Source: the human T2T-CHM13v2.0 reference genome, Homo sapiens. From it: 64,000 nt of DNA. The notes beneath the pieces were generated by a model. The model did no database searches. It saw only the letters and a list, made by a program, of their open reading frames with translations, and had not been told where the DNA came from. Of the stretch, positions 12,101 through 25,585 are shown piece after piece (position 1 is the first letter of the stretch; every line of letters begins with the position of its first letter). The stretch lies in the NCBI RefSeq assembly GCF_009914755.1, contig NC_060928.1. One strand, written 5' to 3'. The translations under genes and the position numbers were made by a program.

Positions 12101-13429
12101 TGCATTTCTTAACTATGCTCCACATAACATGCTTCTAACCACATCCTTTTGTTTCATGCATTACTATTTTTATGCATTACTATCTTTAGGCTTTGCCCAC
12201 TTACACTAAAAATCCAGCAGTTTTTAACCTCATCATTGTTTAGGTTCAGCAAACACTGCCATTTTTCCACTCCCAATACTTTGAACATTTGTTCTCAATG
12301 AGGTTTAAACTTTTCTAGATAAAGGTTTATGCTCTAACTACAATATATCTTTTTCAAACAGTCACTTCCAAGTAAGAAGTGGAAAAAATGCCTGAAGAAA
12401 GACAGATTCTTTCCTTTGGAATATGTTGAATTTATTTTACATTAGATACTGAAATTTTATATAGCATAACACTGAGAGACATTACATACTTCTCATCTCC
12501 TATTAGCACAGCTAATAATTTTTTTCTATAATTTAGTAAATTCTTTTATGTCATCCCCCAAGTGTTTGGCCTTTTTCAATTAAACTTCAAAGCTCAAATA
12601 ATTTTGTTTCAGTCAAATTATCTTACAGTCAGTATGTGCTTTCTAGCTTAGTTGAGTGAAGATTCTTATCTTTCCAAATTTTACATGTACCAAGTTTTTA
12701 CCCATTGCCTGTCTAATCTCCATGACATTTATAACTTATCAAAAGTTCATTGTATTTTAAACAACCTGTCCACATATGTATTTGTATTTTTGTATTTTGT
12801 ATGTATTGCAGATAATTTTCTACCTAAACAATGTAATATTTTACCCCTTTTTAAAACTAATTGGTTCAGGTAAATACATTTTCCACTTCAGTTATCTTTA
12901 TCCTTGCTTTTCTATAATCACAAAGTAGAATTAAAAAAGGTTGCTTAATAACAAAATAATATTCACTGTAATGCCTTAATGGTTAGTTTACTTCTCTAAG
13001 TTTATTTTTAAAGTATCTCTCTAAATGCTCTATTTTTTTTCAAATTTCAGACACATTTGGTTATATAAATTATAATGATAGTAGAGAGCTAAAAGTCTTA
13101 TCTCAAGACAAAATAACCAAGTATTTTCACAAAATACTTTATTTAATTCAGTTTGGAATGAACCTTTTCCAGAGTTCTCCCTTCTCTTTCACTCCAAAAT
13201 TCCAATTATCTAAGAGGAGACAAGTACATGGTCTTTCTCTAAGACAATAACTTGAATGAATCATATATATTTCATTGGTTTTCTTTCCTTTTTCTTGCTG
13301 TAAAATGCTATTAATTAGAGTTTTAGATGTTTAATTAATTTGCTATTGTAATTTTTAAGAGAAAATAATTTGCACATCTTTTCAGAGATAATACTGAAGT
13401 CAGAATTATTTTAAAAATAAAGTGTGTAG

Positions 13430-13572
13430 GAGCAAAAAGGTAACTACTGGGTGCTGAGCTTCCTACCTGGGTGAGGAAATAAGGTGTACAATAAACCCCC
13501 GTGACACTTATTTACCTACCTAACAAACCTTCACTTGTACCCCCAAACCTAAAATAAAAGTTAAAAAAAGAA
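13430..13572 (+). mobile_element. Short L1 (L1PB/L1MA-age) 3' end
   Basis: TACCTGGGTGAGGAAATAA...AACAAACCTTCACTTGTACCCCCAAACCTAAAATAAAAGTTAAAAAAAG. Confidence 0.85.
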
Positions 13573-13689
13573 CAATAAAAAAGTGTCAAAGGTGAATTCA
13601 ATTAGGATTTTAAGATAATATTAAACAGCTCATATTTTCATATATATAAACAACGCAGTCACAGAAATTAAAAATTTAATCACTAAATT

Positions 13690-14548
13690 CTTTTTTTTCT
13701 AACTTTTATTTTAGAATCAGGTGGGGTACACGTCGAGGTTTGTTACAAGGGTACATTGGGTGATGCTGAGGTTTGGGGTATGATTGAATCCGACACCCAG
13801 GTAGTGAGCATAATACCCTATAGGTAGTTTTCTTAGCCCTTTTCCCCTCTCTCTCTCCTAATAGTCCTCAACGTTTTTTGTTCACTTCTTTATGTCCGTG
13901 AGCACCCAAACTTTAGCTTCCACTTGTAAGTGAAAACATGCGATATTTGATTTTCTGTTTCTGCCTTAGTCTATTTAAGATAATGGCCTCTAGCGGCATC
14001 CATGATGTTGGAAGAACATTATTTCATTCTTTATTATGGCTGCGTAGTATTCATGGTATATGTGTACCACATTTTCTTTATCAGATTGACTGTTGATGAG
14101 CACCTGTATTGATTCCATGTTTTTGCTACTGTGAATAGCACTGAAATGAACATATGGGTGTATGTACCCTTTTGGTGGAACAATTTATTTTCCTTGGATA
14201 ATGGGATTGCTGGATTGAACGTTAGTTCATTTTTTGAGCAATCTCCAAACTGCCCTCCACAGTGGCTGGACTAATTTACATTCCCACCAACAGTGAGTAA
14301 AGGCCCCTTTTCTCCACAGCTTTTCCAACAAAATTCTCTTCCTTATTGGCCTTGGCAAGTAATTTATGGCTATGTCCTCAAAAGCAGTTGCGACAAAAAC
14401 AGAAATTGATGTGGGACCTAATTAAGCTGAAGAGCTTCTGCATAGCAAGAGAAACTATCAAGAGAGTAAACAGCTAACCTACAGAATGGGAGAAAATATT
14501 CACAAACTATGTGTCTGACAAAGGTTTGATATTCAGAATCTATAAGGA
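13690..14548 (-). mobile_element. L1 (L1PA15/16-PB age) with 5' inversion
   Basis: 13690-14330 is the antisense L1 3' end with T-tail; 14331-14548 is sense-orientation ORF2; ACTAAATT flanks both ends (13682-13689, 14549-14556). Confidence 0.85.
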
Positions 14549-15093
14549 ACTAAATTTGATTTGAATCTTGATTTTTCAATTGTAGAAAATCCTTCATAGT
14601 TTTATTTCTAGGTCTTTCAATAGATCTTGTACTAATTGCTAAATCTCAGGACATTTTTATTGAAAGTTACTAGAAGAAATATAGAGTCATTTCAATTAGG
14701 CAGAAATCATTTTAAAACAGCAATGATGGTGTACTAAATAAGAGTGAGAAATTAGAAAAAAATTACAATCAATCAAAATTATTAAGCAATTTTGTTTTAC
14801 AACTCTCTATATATCTACTTATGCTATGTACTATTGAACTATTTGAAAACCATAGCAAATATCATATCTTTAAAAAATCTAACTTACGTACATGGTCTTA
14901 CCTAAATGTACTGCCGTCATTGAGAGAAAAGTGCAAAATATTAACACATGCTACTTTAGAATTCTATTAAAAATTCACAGTACTCTAAAGCATTTTATTG
15001 TGAGAATAGATTTTTATGGTTTCAGGCTAATTTTCAGGGAAAAGTTACAGGGTTTACATATGTTTTTTCAGAAACAGAAAAGTCCAAGATCCC

Positions 15094-15609
15094 TGAATTA
15101 GGGTTCTCCAGAGAAACACATGGACCTTGGCCAATATACGTATGTGTACACAGAAAGATACTTAAGGACTTGACGGACACAATTATGAAAACTGGCAAGT
15201 CCAAAATCTCAGGGTAGGCTGGCAGGCTGGCAACCCAGAGAAGTGCAAATACTATAGTTCAAGTACAAAGGGCATCAGGTTAAGATTCCGGAAAGAGCCA
15301 ATGTTGCAGTTCAAGTCCAAAAGTCATCAAGTTGGAGACCCAGAAAAAAAAATACTTATATTGCAGTTCAAGTCTGAATGCAGTCTTCTGCAGAATTTCC
15401 TCTTGCTCAGGGGAAGCCAATCTCTGTTTTCTTCGGGTGATTGGAGGACCTCCACTTGCATTATGTAGGCAGTTGCTTTACTTAAAATCCACTGATTTAA
15501 ATGTTAACCTCATCCAAAAATAGCCTCACAGAAACATCCAGAATAATGTTTGAGGAAATATCTAGGCACTGTGGCCCAGCCAAGTTGATACATTGAATTA
15601 ACGTGGACA
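15094..15609 (-). mobile_element. ERVL LTR, MLT2C/D-type
   Basis: AGGGTTCTCCAGAGAAACA start and CACAGAAACATCCAGAATAATGTTTG...GCCCAGCCAAGTTGATACA end, antisense MLT2. Confidence 0.85.
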
Positions 15610-16814
15610 GTCAGTATTTGGCACAGGTCAGTTGCTGCAGAGTGAATGTTTCCACATTATGTCCGCTTACTTTCTATGGCTTTACCTACGAATTTACTTC
15701 ATTCCAGACTATGTTAATCTTTGCCTTTTCCTGTATCTCCACCTCAATTATGCAGTTTATCTGCCCTTGTAATCCTCCTGTTCCTAATTTCCACCCATCC
15801 ATGTTACGCCTTGAACTGTGTTTGCAAATTTAAGGCTCAACTTTCACCATACAAATATATTTGACTAGTTGAACCAATTTCTAATCATTTCTCACTTCCC
15901 TGAATACATTTTTGAATTGTACCATCTCACTCAAGAACATTTACTACTTTTCACTTCTAATACTTTCACATGTAAAAATGAAGTAAAATTAAGATGTATC
16001 AGGGAGAAAAAAATCAGACATGCCTTACATCTCTTTTTAACTCCACACAAAACTGGTAGAGACAGAACAACAGACTCTTCTGAGTAAATATTTTTGAATG
16101 AAACTTTACAAAATTAGTTTTAAGAAGCTAGGCATTTTAAAAAGCCTGCAAATTTATGCATAACATCTATTATAGATATCTCACATTTTCACTTCAATTC
16201 CCATCTTTCCTGTTTATGCATGCTACACATAATCAGGTGGATAAAACTAATATTGCAACTCAACTTGACTCAATTAGTTTATATTCCTACATGTTTGAGC
16301 AACAGAGAAGTATGCAATAAACACAGTCTCTAAAACTTTCTGCTTAGGCTATTTATACTAATTTGATATATGATCTTTGCTTTCATGAAATATTAATATC
16401 ATTTTTATTCTTATCTGTAATCTAATTAGTGTATATATCATTTGATATGAGTTTCTTTATGCATTATTTTCTTTTTTATGATTCAGTCATATAAAATAAT
16501 TCAGAAAGAGTTTCCACTAAATGAAGTTGCATATTTTGGTCACAAATCTTAAAATTAATTAAAACATCAATGTGCTTAATGTCACATATAAGCTGTGGCA
16601 GAGAAAAGATGTTTATCAATTTAAGATATAAGAATTTTGTTTCTCCTTTTATGTTATCATGTTTTAGAAAAACACTTATAAAATTCAGTCCTAAAAATTA
16701 TGCTGTGAAATAAGTAATATATTATTATAGCTTATTTATACTGAATTTGTAATAACACCTGTTGTACTTAAATTATTTTTGTCTATGTGCTTATTTCTAA
16801 AACATTTGTCTCCT

Positions 16815-17140
16815 ATACACATATATACACACATACTTTTTGTATATATATATATGTGTATATGTATGTATATAAAGTTTATATACACATACTTTATACA
16901 TGTATAGTATACACACATATACATGTATAGTATACACACATATATACTTTACATGTGTATACACAATATTTTAACTATATATAGATGTATGTATGTATAA
17001 ACTATTGTATGTGTATATATGTGTGTATACTATACATGTATATGTGTGTATACTATATATACACACATATATACACACATACTTTATACACGTACATATA
17101 CACCTTAATTTACACAAACAGAAAGAAATATACACACATA
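16815..17140. repeat. (TA)/(CA)/(TG) low-complexity block containing a 45-bp perfect inverted repeat
   Basis: 16903-16947 is the exact reverse complement of 17013-17057. Confidence 0.9.
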
Positions 17141-20100
17141 AAAGTGGAGAGGGACTACACAGAAAGTTAAAATCCTGAATGTTGATTTTAGCTTTTACAT
17201 TTTCTTTGAACTCATTAAACTACACAGAGAAACATGTTGCCAAAACTTGATTCAAGTCTAAGCGAAATATGTATTTCTCTCTTTGAAGACATATTTGGGC
17301 TTCAATATGATGAATAAAGCTTGTATAAGTAGAAATTTAATCCAAAAAGTGTATATTAATATTCATTCATCTACAAGATGTATATCATCTGTAGTTAATT
17401 TTAGATTACATGTCCCCATTATATTTAAAGAAATAAACACTTTTATATTTGAACTTCTTATTTCTTTCTCAAATGTGGTGTAAATATTCCTACCTCTTCA
17501 GGTTAGCTGGTGAATGAGTCATTCTCAATATGTAGGTATTGATCAGTTTATTATTAATGCTTTTGTTGTTGATTAATGTTTATCTCTTTTAAAAAGATAT
17601 CATTAAATTGCTAAGCATATAATCATGCTGTATGTAGATTGATGTGAGTCCAAGATTGGCTGAACAACAGCCTTTTCTTTAATGGTTCAGGAATTTGTGC
17701 ATGACAAAAAAAATTATTGGACTGGGGGCTACCATTAGAAACTTTCTTTTTCTCTAGAAAATATAATCGGAATAATTCATCTCTGACATATCTGAAATAA
17801 TTGGGCCAGGAAATTATCGAAATTAATATTTTGCTGAACTTCTGAAAATCCACAAAATGCTTAATATATCTCCTAACACCTCCAGAGGATGTTAGATAAC
17901 ACAATATAGACACACCTGTTAATTTTGCCTTCTATTTTCCCCCACCAAATGTGTTAGAAAAAAAAGTTTTCAGCTTTTAGAAATTTTTAGAAGTAAAAAT
18001 TTTAGATCAGGGATATTGAACTGTTTATCGTAATAAAGTATAATTTAGGAAAGACTGGACAGATTTAGTTATATTTAAAAAGGAGGAAGAATGTATTGAA
18101 TATTAATAATAGAACGTGAGAAGAATCAGAGGCACTATGCCTTGTTTAATACAGGAAACTGGGGAAAACTAGTGAGGTTGGAGGTTGGAGTTCAAGTTGT
18201 GCCATATGCTCTGTCTGATCATCATTGGGAGCTTCTAGGTGGAGTGTTTTCCCAAGCTATGTGGATGAATAAATGAACTTTTCTGGTCTGTTATCTCACC
18301 ACTTTCTCCTAATGTGGATTTTAAGCAGTTTATAAACAATTTATTTCCTCTTTGGGGAAAAAAATTAGAAACTCATATATTTGTTACATAATCTCATAAT
18401 GATCTCCTAGCAATGCCTCTTCTCACTACTGTGTAGTAGTGATTACAAGATTATTTAATATATATTAAAGATATAAGTTGCAGTAACAAATTTTTACAGA
18501 AATCAGAAAAAGAGAAAAAAAATTAAATGCTTTAAATAAAATAACTTATTTCACTCTTCAGCACCACCCATCAGCAGATACTAACGATAGTTATTGAAAC
18601 ATTTATCACAGTATTTAAATCACTTGCAATCCAAAGGCAATATTAATTTCACATGGTTTCCAAGCCAGCATTGCTATAGGTGTTTCTATTTGTTTTCAAG
18701 ACGGATTCAGTGACTAGATTTATAATTTGTCTAACTATACCTCAGAAATTAGAATTTTTAAACATATTCAGATACATTTAACTTTACCTCTGCATTAACA
18801 TTTTCATATAATTTTAAGATAAATTGTACAGTTTGCCGATTAAGTGACCATCAAATTAATGATTACTTCAGTAGTAGGAGGTTTATACCAAAGAGTTAAT
18901 TTTCATATAAAAACCCATTGATTGCCGTGAGTTTATTTTTAAAGAGTTCCTTTTTTCATGTTTTTATATAAGTGTGATGCCTGACATATACTGGTCACTT
19001 GACATTCACTGAATGAATGCATGTTGTTGGTAATAGGAAGACAAGTACATTATAGACCATGTGGTGATTTAAGAATCTGAGCTTAAAGAATACACTTGTA
19101 TAATTATAGTAAAAAATAAAACTAAATTCTACTCATTAAGGTGTGATTTTTATCCTTTCCCATTTTGAAGAATTGAATCAGATTTTGTAAAGTTTTTATT
19201 TTTTTCTGATAGATTAATACCCTGTAAAACTATCAAATATGGGGACACAAATAGTACTATAGTTCCAAGACTTTTGGAAATATGTTAAACCTCTGCATTT
19301 AAATAGCAAAGAAAAAAATATTTACTAATCTCTTTCAAAACACATACTAATGCTACAGCTGAGAAAAGTCCATTTTCTAAACTAATATCCCTTTTAGTGT
19401 TTTCCAAATAAACTTGCAAATAGGGCAAAATAAATTAAATCTAATAAAAATTTGGGGTGAGAAAAATAAGGTAGAAAGCAAAACAAATCTTAGGATAAAA
19501 TACTGGATAAAATAGCAGCAGGTTTGTCTTCTGGAATAGAATGCAAATGACACCAATTTATTCCTCAAATTACCTAAGATCCAAGAGGGAAAATGTTAGT
19601 GTGCATAGCGATGACTAGTGTTTTATATTCTAAGTATGATTTGCACTTTTATGCAATTTCCTAAACAAGGAAAGTCAACAGACCTGTAGCAGAGCTTTTT
19701 GTAAAGTTTTCATTCATTGTTTTAATTATTATGCACTTTTGACTTTGTATTACTAAGGTGTCCTTAGCCTCACTTAAGAGTGTCTTAAGAGTTTAGATGG
19801 CCACACTCATTTCCATGTGTAGTTGAGCCTGTGGTTATGGAAAACAAAATTAAGGTAGCTGATGTGTTCATAGATAAATTGGATGAGCATAAAGACTTGA
19901 ATATAGTTATAGCATCATATAATTAGGAAACTTATTTTGCATTCTCTTTTATGGATTTTGAATCATTATAGTATACAGTGATCAGAAAATGTATTTTTGA
20001 ATGTTTTTCTTTGGGGTTGTAGTGGTAGTATATCTACAACATTGGGAATAGGGATCTTAAAATTCTCAGGCTATATAAACAGTTAAGTTGATGGAGCTCT

Positions 20101-20578
20101 TTCCCGGCTAACAGCTACCCCTTATGATTTCTGTGAGAAATGAATCAGAATGATAACATAATTTTAAGAGTGAATCTTTAAGCAAACTAACAAGCCAGAA
20201 TTGAATATTGGGCATCAAGTAAGAGCCAATTAACATATCTATAGTAAAATAAGAATATGTAATTATGTATTTTAATGTATGTGATCCCCAGGGTTTGTAT
20301 TTACTATGAATTTCCCCAAATGTCTTTATTATTCTGAAAAAAACATTTTGAATTGAAAAGACTAAGTAGAGAGGCAGAGCAGAAGAATGAGAGAAAGAGA
20401 AAATGTAATCATTGGACTCATTAACCTTAGAAACAACTTTTTCCTTTTAGGCTTTATAATGATTCAATCTATATGTTATTAGGGCCTTTTATTAGCAAAT
20501 TCAATTCCTACCTGGGTATACTTCAGAATACATTGTCTCTGCACCTCTCAGAACCGGAAATATTAACTTTATCTATCA

Positions 20579-20981
<403 letters not shown>

Positions 20982-21689
20982 TTATAATCTCACTTTCTAT
21001 AATAGAAAATAAATGAGATAATATAAATACTGTTAGAAGGAAAGATGCATTTCTGTTGACTTTCTGAAGGCAATCAATCAGACAACCCACAGCTTACCTT
21101 GAAAACCCAAAACCACTTGTGATCATGAGCAAGACTTTTCTGAGTCAGATAAAATAAAAAACCCAAACTCGTGTCCCAATTTGCTGCACGTCTCTCAATG
21201 CTGCTTTCTCACAATTCTCCTGTGCCAATTATTTTCCCTTTTAAGAAGTTCCTGAATTGACTGTGTTGCTCATTATCTCCTATGTCTTTATTTTTGCTTA
21301 ATTTCTACAATGGGTTTACCCTCCTTGGTTTCCTGAAGGAGATTCTGTACTGTTTTATTAAGCCCATCTGTTATTTCTCATTTCCTAAAAGAATTTGCCA
21401 GGATCAAGTGGGTACCAAAAATATGGCTTTTTATTTCCAAAAAAAAGTAAGCCCTCATATTTACACATTGTTTATCTTCATTTTAAAACATTAAATCTTG
21501 AGTCAGTGGTTCTTAATGACAACTTCTCATTTGTCGTTTGTGATTAATTTGTGACTTCAGTTTCAGGAGTCATGGTTTTCTCCAGGTGAAAAATGTCAAT
21601 CAAATTAGCTAATGTCTTAGTCACTGTTTATTCATCATTCTTTGATTAGTTGTTCTCCTACATTATTATTTCTATACTCAGGAGCTCTT

Positions 21690-21770
21690 ATATTTATTTA
21701 TTCATTCATTTCTTCATTTATTTGTACAAAAGGCCTTTAGCATTATTCTGGACCCTGTTAGGTAGTATTA
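21690..21770 (-). mobile_element. L2 3' end fragment
   Basis: ATTCATTCATT-rich tail followed by a degenerate L2 terminus. Confidence 0.35.
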
Positions 21771-23019
21771 TTTCTCATGTTGTTATATTTTCCTTACATT
21801 CATGTATGTATTGCATAGGGAAATTTTGACCTACATATTTTAGTTTAAATTTTATTAAATTGAATCTTACCATATGGCTTATCAGTATTGGAATGTATTT
21901 GTTAGTATACTGTTTTCCATTCTCAACATTCAAAAACAGTGTTGTTTTTGTGAGCATCAGTCTACCATAGCCTAATTCTAATTCAATTGGTTAAATGGTT
22001 GGTTTAAGGATTACTTCTTTTTGTCTGCTACTGCACAGAAATACATATTTTTTTCCCTAAAACTCTCATAGCATATAGCATATAGAACTGGCTCAGATCT
22101 AAAAACTGAAGACTGTTGTATTTTTAAGGGTTAAATTCTATCTTATTTCAAGTAATTAAGTTAGGCTATTGGCTTTTGAATATTCATTTTTCATAATTTT
22201 ATCCCAAATGCACACACATTGTGCCTGAGACAGAGACAGATTTGTTCTTTATTACTCACAGTAAATAATGAGTGCATTGTCTCCCCCATTGTTCTCATGC
22301 TTACTGCTGGGATGATGCAATGAGAATTCTACGTAATTCTCCCTACAAAAGTAGCCAGGTACTCTATAGGCAAGCCAGGCACTCTACAGGATAAAAGTAT
22401 GCTCTGCTTACAAGGGGAAGGAGACAGTTTTCCCAAACTCCACCCGAAAAGATCTCCTTGGAAAAGTAATGGACCTGAGTCTTTATTCCAAACCTATAGT
22501 ATGTAAAAAGATTTTCTGTAGCAGCCAGAAAGCTGAATGTGTCTGAGTTTTTAGGGCATAAAGACATCTTCACTTTCTGTGGCTTTATTCCTTTTGACAT
22601 ATAAATACATAGAGAAATAACTCTCTAGGCTCTTTCTCTCAAGGGCTTAACCTAGGGACCTAGTACAGGCTGTAACCATTTGGCTCTGTCTGGAAAGCAA
22701 GAGAAAAAAATGTTTATCGCTTCAAATCAATGGAATCTATTAGACACATGTCTAAAAATCTAATTCTCATGGTATGTGAAGTCTCAGGAGACTAAAATCT
22801 TTTGCAGTAGCAGAGAGGAATCCAGGGAAATGTATTTCCTGATATAGACACAAACTCATATAGCTTCAGTGCAATTTTCAATCTGTACATCAGACTTTGC
22901 TTTGTAAAAATACACCCAAAACATAGTACACAATGTCATGTTTGCTATGTCATGTCTTGGCTTGACCAATCTACATTGATTTTGGCTAATATTTGTTGAA
23001 CTTAATTATGTATCTGCAT

Positions 23020-23230
23020 TTTGCCTGTTTTTTCATGTATTCTCTAACTTCTCCTGAAGCCAGAAGTTTAGTATAGGCAAGTCCTTCCCATGGCAGTGGT
23101 AGAATCACCAAGTGACAAGCAAAAATTCCTCAAATCATTTGTATTTTGAGCCTTTGCTAAATATGGGCACACCATCACTTTCACCATTTTTTCACAGCCA
23201 AAGTAATTTAAATCGTTGAGCCTTGCATAA
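23020..23230. mobile_element. Old MLT1-type LTR fragment
   Basis: CCTTCCCATGGCAGTGGTAGAA...CACCATCACTTTCACCAT...GCCAAAGTAA resembles old MLT1 LTRs. Confidence 0.35.
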
Positions 23231-23567
23231 AAGGCATAGCACTGAAAACTTATATGGCATTTTCCCTGGAAGTGAGCAAAATAGGATATTAATTGATATG
23301 CAATATAGTAATGTAGATATTTAGGGGACGGTGGCAGATGGAGAAATTAGAGGCTTTGCTCACAAGGAACCAGTGTGTGATGTTTAAATTAGATTTCGGA
23401 GAAATAATCCTCATGGATAAAAATAAAGAGATGGTTGTGGTGATGTTGAGTGACAGTACAGCAAGGATATTTGATTCTTCTGTCATTTGTGTTATATGCA
23501 CATATATGTGGTTATATTATTTTTTCAGACACACTTGTCATAGGTCTAAAATGAGGTTTTTAAAGTG

Positions 23568-23620
23568 CCGTGAATATATACACCTATTATGAACCCACAC
23601 AAATTAAAAAAATAAAAAGT
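23568..23620 (+). mobile_element. Very short L1MA 3' terminus
   Basis: AATATATACACCTATTATGAACCCACACAAATTAAAAAAATAAAAA. Confidence 0.6.
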
Positions 23621-23689
23621 TCACATATATTTTAAAGTATACAAAATTAAAGTAACAGCATTATGATTAGGAAATAAATATATAAATGT

Positions 23690-24140
23690 GCAATGGTGAG
23701 ACCATATATACAAAGAGAACTCTGACTGACAACCTCAACAACCAGCCCAGGAATCCAATCCACAACCTATGCAGCAATCAGCTCCAGAGGGTCTACACTT
23801 GGTCTAACTAATTTGAGTGCATTTTTGCTCCCCGCCTCCAGTTTTCACTTTAGGACCAACAAGAGAAAGCCAAATATACTGCACTAACTGATCACGTGAA
23901 ATGACCTTCTTCTACTCTTAGCTTCTAGACATAAATCATCTCCACCTTCCCCAAGACAGTAACCTCCAATCAGAGTATACCTGATGGCTTCCCTTGTTTA
24001 CACTATAAAGCTTTCTCAATTCTCTGTCTACATTTGAGTTTTTGCCAAATCAAAATGATGATGCTGACTCCCTTGCAAACTGAATGAATAAATAAGCTTT
24101 GCTTCTTTTCCCATGTGGGTAGTCTTCATTTATTTCCACA
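23690..24140 (+). mobile_element. ERV1 solo LTR, MER90/MER110-like
   Basis: AGGACCAACAAGAGAAAGCCAAATAT, AACCTCCAATCAGAG, CACTATAAAGCTTT (TATA), AATAAA and the end TTTATTTCCACA. Confidence 0.7.
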
Positions 24141-25499
24141 ATATATTATCAAGACATATTTAAAAACACAGTAAAATTTTTCTTGCTTCAGAAAATCTAA
24201 TTTTAAATGTAGTTTTGCAGATCTAGAAAACAATAGGTGAAAGTTATGCCAATAGAAAATGGGATGGGCATTTTCAATAGCATATCACCTTCTTAGATAT
24301 TCAGAATAAGTCTTTCCTCCCATCCAATCAGACTTCACTGCAATTATACATTCTTGTAACTAAATGTCTCTCCTAAATTGTTGTAATGGTATCATGACTT
24401 GGAAAACTTTCTTCTACTCTTTAGTGTTAAATTATTTATTGTGGATATCTACGAAAAACAGTACAGTTTATGGAATCTTTCTCCAGAATATCTTAATTGT
24501 AGACTACATGAAATAACTTACCCCAGAATTTTCATTGTTTCACAACTAGTCAAGCTAGGGCACCACTCACCATAAGCAATAAATAACTAAATTTGACTGA
24601 CAATGACCCATGAAAAGTTATCTAGGCCATACTTAGGGCAAAATCATAAGTTAGGCACAAAGAAGAGGTGTGAACTTCTTGCATTTTAAGGACTTCTGAA
24701 GGAAGAGATTTCATGGCTGAAAGTCACTCTAATATATAATAGCTCTCCCTAACAGGGAAAAATTCTTTGTGAAACTCTTTGTGTTGTATATGAGGATGTT
24801 GACTTTGAGTTTAATACAGAAATAGAGATAGGTTAGACATCTTTTTCTATGCCATTGTTACGTGCTAACATTTGTGAAGTAGGGAGTCAACTATTCTTGT
24901 TTTTCTTTTCCATAACTAGGGATTTTACTGCAAAATATTTTACTTATTATTTCTTCTCTGAAATATTTTTTGTGGGTTTCTTGAATTTATAAGCCTTGAA
25001 GAGACACAGAGATTTATAAATAAACTGTTAGAGGCTTAATAGAAATTATCTGATATTTTGCTCTTCAATAGCATATTTTACAGACTACTGCTGCTCATTT
25101 TAAACAATGTGACTTGATTAAAATATTTTTGTGCAATGTATATATGTATAGACATATATATGCAATGTATATAAATACATTATATATACAATACTTATTA
25201 ATAGTGTCTGTGTCCCTTTTGGAATCAAATATAATACAAAAGAGGTATTTGTTTTCTATTAATTGCTGTCTATGTGCCAAAACATTTGTTACAACTATGG
25301 CTTATGGAATAACATACATTGAAGATAAAACAGATATTCTTTCAGAATTCAACTTTTTCATATGTAAAGCCTAAACCTTAAAATTTTTTCTCTTAATTTT
25401 TACTATTTAAACTATTTATATTTTGTTCTAGGTATAAAAGCCAGTGTGTCTTTTGAAAAAAATAGTACAATTTTAAAATTAAGAAATGTTTTTAAGTGA

Positions 25500-25585
25500 C
25501 TTTACAATTTTTAACATATGTAAAGCTCTTGCAGTAGTACCAAGGGGCATGCTAGTGCTATATAAGTGTTTGCTATTATTATTAG
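25500..25585 (+). mobile_element. MIR 3' fragment
   Basis: ATATGTAAAGCTCTTGCAGTAGTACC...TATAAGTGTTTGCTATTATTATT. Confidence 0.55.

Noticed and set aside
17960-18030. Tigger/MER46-like terminus (TTTAGATCAGGGATATTGAACTGT)
   Set aside because: Only one degenerate end seen; could not delimit an element.
22215-22830. GC-richer LTR-like segment (also ~30440-31040)
   Set aside because: No family, termini or TSD recognisable from the sequence alone.
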